Positions 60,043-64,000 of a DNA stretch of 64,000 nt are shown here, piece after piece (position 1 is the stretch's first letter; every line of letters starts with the position of its first letter). The notes under the pieces are model-generated. The model saw only the letters and a program-made list of their open reading frames with translations. It did no database searches and was not told the origin of the DNA. Made by a program: the position numbers and the translations under genes. Origin of the DNA: Eledone cirrhosa. Its lineage: Eukaryota. The stretch is taken from positions 19,874-83,873 of the forward strand of contig CAXHJY010000701.1 in assembly GCA_964016885.1 (NCBI GenBank). Direction: 5' to 3'.

Positions 60043-60228
60043 AGCAGTATCGGTACAGCGTCAGACTCCATGCTTTGCTGCATAGAGTTACGGCCCTTTA
60101 CGATCTGATTTCAATTCCCGACCAGGTTAACTTTGCCTTTCATCGATAAAATAAAGGTCGATAAAATAAAGTACCAGTAATGTGCTGGAGTAGTTGCTGG
60201 CCTTGTGCCAAAAGTAAAAACAATTATT
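60043..60228 (+). mobile_element. SINE family 1
   Basis: GCAGTATCGG...GGTTAACTTTGCCTTTCATC...GCTGGCCTTGTGCC. Confidence 0.85.
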
Positions 60229-60385
60229 ATCAATAGCTACCATTCACTCGTCTTTTTGGCAGTGTTGTAGTCCTGGGCCAAGCAAAGAGTTGAAATTAAT
60301 GTATGCAAGATTTCACAGCTCTAGCATCATTCCTTCATGGTCTGACCAAAATAGTCCCTGGAAAGAAACAATGTAGTTAATAATA

Positions 60386-60572
60386 GTTTCTACGTTAGGC
60401 ACAAGGCCAGCAATCACCCAGTACATTACTGGTACTTTATTTTATCGACCCCGTAAGGATGAAAGGCAAAGTCAACCTCGGCGGGATTTGAACTCAGACC
60501 ACAAAGGGCCGTCTCTCTTTGCTGCAAAGCATGGCGTCCAACCCTCTACCGATACTGCCAATTCACCGCCCC
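60386..60572 (-). mobile_element. Full-length SINE family 1 with 14-bp target-site duplication
   Basis: TGTAGTTAATAATA at 60372-60385 and 60573-60586; 5' end GGGGCGGTGAATTGGCAGTATCGG. Confidence 0.92.
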
Positions 60573-60806
60573 TGTAGTTAATAATAAGAAGAGCTTAGAT
60601 TAATCCATGAAAGATATCACAGCTCTAGCATCATTCCTTCATAGTCAGCCTATGAAGAAATGTTGCAACTTTATACAAAATAACTGAACCGATTCATTTA
60701 CTTTATTTTCTGAGTTCAAATATCTCTGAGTTTTATTGTCTGTTATTCTTCCGGGGTCGATAAAGATAACAATCTCATTCAGCATCAAATCTCTATCGCC
60801 TCAATT

Positions 60807-60847
<41 letters not shown>

Positions 60848-60848
60848 T

Positions 60849-60880
<32 letters not shown>

Positions 60881-61149
60881 TTTCATCATCATCATTTTCA
60901 TCATCATCATCATCATCATCATTTTCATCGATAACAGCTGTTCCGTGAAACGACAACAAGAAACACTAAGCCGGCACCACGACCACAACCATCGCCATCA
61001 ACACCATCACCACGTCAGCACGATCACCACCAACACCACCATCACCAACATCACCAACATCACAAACTACAACCACCACCACCACCACCACCACCACCAC
61101 CACCACCACCACCACCACCAACAACAACAACACCACCACCGCCACCACC

Positions 61150-61180
<31 letters not shown>

Positions 61181-61344
61181 CCACCACCGCCACCACCGCC
61201 ACCACCACCATCACCACTGCCGCCGCCACCACCAAACATGATATGTAAAGTACGACAGATGTAGGATCCTAACATCAAGGGATTATAGACAGACTTTCGG
61301 GCCCTGACACACGTGACATGATGAAAGACGTAGGGATATGGTAT

Positions 61345-62250
61345 GTTGTAGTGGTGGTGGTGGTGTTGGTGGTAGTGGTGGTGATGGTGGTGGTGGTGGT
61401 GATGGTGGTAGTGGTGGTGGTGGTGTTGGTGGTGGTAGTGGTGGTGGTGGTGGTGGTGGTGGTGGTGGTGGTAGTGGTGGTGATGGTGGTGGTGGTGGTG
61501 ATGATGGTGGTAGTAGTGGTGGTAGTGGTGGTGTTGGTGTTGGTGGTGGTAGTGGTAGTGGTGGTGGTGGTGTTGGTGGTGGTAGTGGTGGTGGTGGTGG
61601 TGGTGGTGGTAGTGATGGTAGTGGTGGTGGTGGTGGTAGTGGTGGTGGTGGTGTTGGTGGTGGTAGTGGTGGTGGTGGTGGTGGTGGTGGTAGTGGTGGT
61701 GGTGGTGTTGGTGGTGGTAGTGGTGGTGGTGGTGGTGGTGGTGGTAGTGATGGTAGTGGTGGTGGTGGTGGTAGTGGTGGTGGTGGTGGTGGTGGTGGTG
61801 ATGGTGGTGGTGGTGGTAGTGGTGATGGTGGTGGTGGTGGTAGTGGTGGTGGTGGTGGTGGTGGTGGTGGTGGTAGTGGTGATGGTGGTGGTGGTGGTGA
61901 TGATGGTGGTAGTAGTGGTGGTAGTGGTGGTGGTGGTGATGGTGGTGGTAGTGGTGGTGGTGGTGGTGGTGATGGTGGTGGTGGTGGTGGTGGTGGTGGT
62001 GGTAGTGGTGGTAGTGGTGGTGGTGGTGATGATGGTGGTAGTAGTGGTGGTAGTGGTGGTGGTGGTAGTAGTGATGGTGGTGGTGATGGTGGTGGTAGTG
62101 GTGGTGGTGGTGGTGGAGACTGGTGGTGGTGGTGGTAGTGGTGGTATTTGTCTTGATCATGGTGATGATGGTGGTGGTTGTGGTGATGGTGGTGTTGCTG
62201 ATTATCATGGTGATGATGGTGGCGCTGGTGGCGGTAATTATGATGATGAT
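61345..62250. repeat. (GGT)n cryptic repeat
   Basis: Direct inspection; preceded by (CAT)n and (CAC)n tracts at 60807-61235. Confidence 0.95.
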
Positions 62251-62384
62251 GGTATTACGTTTAGGCTTAGATTTAATGTAAGGGTAAGGATTAAGAATGT
62301 TTGTTAATGATATTTTTCGTTCCAAAGAACCCCTGCATTCAACCCGTAACCAGTCCCTACCATTTATGCTGGATTACAACATCC

Positions 62385-62720
62385 AATGTCAGTCCTTCTT
62401 TAAAGTGCAAACCCAGTCCTTTTTAAAGATGCTAACCCAATCCCTTTTAAGGTGAAAGCCCAGTCCTTTTTTAAGGTGCTAGCCTAGTCCTTTTTTAAGG
62501 TGCTGGCCCACTTCTTTTTAAGATGCTAGTCCAGTCCTTTTTTAAGTTGCTAGCACACTCCTTTTTAAGGCGCAAGCCCAGTCTTTTTTAAGGTGCAAGC
62601 CCAGTCCTTTTTTAAGTTGCTAACCCAGTCCTGTTTATGGTGCAAGCCCAGTCCTTTTTTAAGTTGCTAACCCAGTCCTGTTTATGGTGCTAGACCAGTC
62701 TTTTTTCAAGGTGCTGGGAT
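62385..62720. repeat. About 24-bp diverged minisatellite CCAGTCCTTTTTTAAGGTGCTAGC
   Basis: About 14 tandem units. Confidence 0.9.
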
Positions 62721-63062
62721 TTGACGTGATGAAGATTTGACTGCTATTTCTAACAGCCCGTTTGACTTCATATAGCATCCGACGCGGGTTAGTGGATGTT
62801 GATGTTATAATTGCTGATGGTGATATAGGTGGTGTGTTATGTAGAAGCATTAGTTGTAGAAATACACAGACAGATGTGGTACCTTATGCCGATGCAAAAC
62901 TACAACAGCACGCTATCGAACATAAATATAATCTTGGCCAAACATGCATGCGCACGCACACACACACACACACACACACATACACACACACATACACACC
63001 TGATTGTATATGTTATGTGCGTGCGTCGCAATCCAATGTCGGATGCCAGTAAAAGAATGAAA

Positions 63063-63106
<44 letters not shown>

Positions 63107-63109
<3 letters not shown>

Positions 63110-63298
63110 AAAAAGTATGACCCCGACGGCAAAGCTCAAGCCGTTTCGACGGCTATTTCTGGACTCAGAAATAGCCGTCGAAACGGCTTAAACTCTGCCG
63201 TCGGGGTCATACTTTTTCCTATTACCCACTCTACTACCCTAAGTATTGAGTACTCTGGTGCGTTATGGTCCATCTGGTTCCTTACCACATCTCCCTCG

Positions 63299-63300
<2 letters not shown>
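63107..63300 (+). mobile_element. Family A fold-back module, most complete copy
   Basis: Palindrome 63107-63220; 3' half of an HHR: helix II strand, GAA ACGGC loop GCCGT C GGGGTC (63180-63208); tail runs to (TA)n. Confidence 0.85.
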
Positions 63301-63337
<37 letters not shown>

Positions 63338-63374
63338 CGTATATGTGCGTGTATGTGTATGGATATATATTAGG

Positions 63375-63512
63375 ATTTCATACTAATGAAACAGTTCTAG
63401 TCCTGTAGAAACGGTTATAGAAACGATTTCTCTATTTCATTTCGTTGTACTCACTCTGTTTATGTATTGAGTACCTTATTTAGTGTGGTTACCCCCAATT
63501 TCACTCGGGATC
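63375..63512 (+). mobile_element. Diverged 5'-truncated family C module
   Basis: AATGAAACAGTTCTAGTCCTGTAGAA ... TATGTATTGAGTACCTTATTTAGTGTGGTTACCCCC. Confidence 0.75.
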
Positions 63513-63541
63513 TACATATAAATAAATATAAATATATATGT

Positions 63542-63611
<70 letters not shown>

Positions 63612-63656
63612 GCATACATACATACTCATACACACACACACACACACACACATACA

Positions 63657-63695
<39 letters not shown>

Positions 63696-63769
63696 CAAAA
63701 GGGATCTTCAACAAATATAAATGATTATAACTGATTCAGAGCACTCGAGAGTTTTCTGGAATATAATAT

Positions 63770-63930
63770 ACAATGATATTGAATAAATGGAAGCTACATT
63801 TATAAAACCATATTTATTCTATTATATATATTTCAAGGGTACCAAAACTTTGGTACGCTTTTGGTACCCTTGAAATATATATAATAGAATAAATATGGTT
63901 TTATAAATATAGTTTCCATTTATTTAATAT

Positions 63931-63936
<6 letters not shown>
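63770..63936. mobile_element. Family D2 fold-back palindrome centred on HHR helix II
   Basis: TTTCAAGGGTACCAAAA loop TTTTGGTACCCTT GAAA TATATA TA ATAGAATA; right arm homologous to 41450-41520. Confidence 0.8.
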
Positions 63937-63972
<36 letters not shown>

Positions 63973-64000
63973 GACAAGTAAGTATGTTTTGAAACAGTGA

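Noticed and set aside
61060-62325. 421-aa His-rich ORF (and the Gly-rich ORF on the plus strand)
   Set aside because: Almost entirely (CAC/GGT)n with a non-ATG start; nothing in the sequence distinguishes it from a simple repeat

Overview
AT-rich, extremely microsatellite-dense eukaryotic DNA with (TA)n, (CA)n, (GA)n, (TACA)n, (GGT)n, (GAA)n and (AAC)n tracts. The repeat content suggests a coleoid cephalopod (octopus-like), which is an inference. I can support no protein-coding gene: almost all listed ORFs are translations of simple repeats. The non-simple sequence is mostly retroelement debris: two tRNA-derived SINE families, 3' ends of Tx1/L1-, RTE-, R4/Dong- and CRE-like LINEs, and several minisatellites. 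The main signal is a set of about a dozen unrelated 100-400 bp modules inserted in (TA)n tracts. Nearly all carry a complete, truncated or rearranged type I hammerhead ribozyme (HHR) fold. Some carry repeatedly seen core variants (U3:A8, U4A, U4C), one forms a 185-bp tandem array, and many are fold-back palindromes whose axis lies in or next to the ribozyme. This fits Penelope-like pLTR or retrozyme-type elements that target TA microsatellites, but no Penelope ORF is present here. All folds were derived by eye and none was computed.
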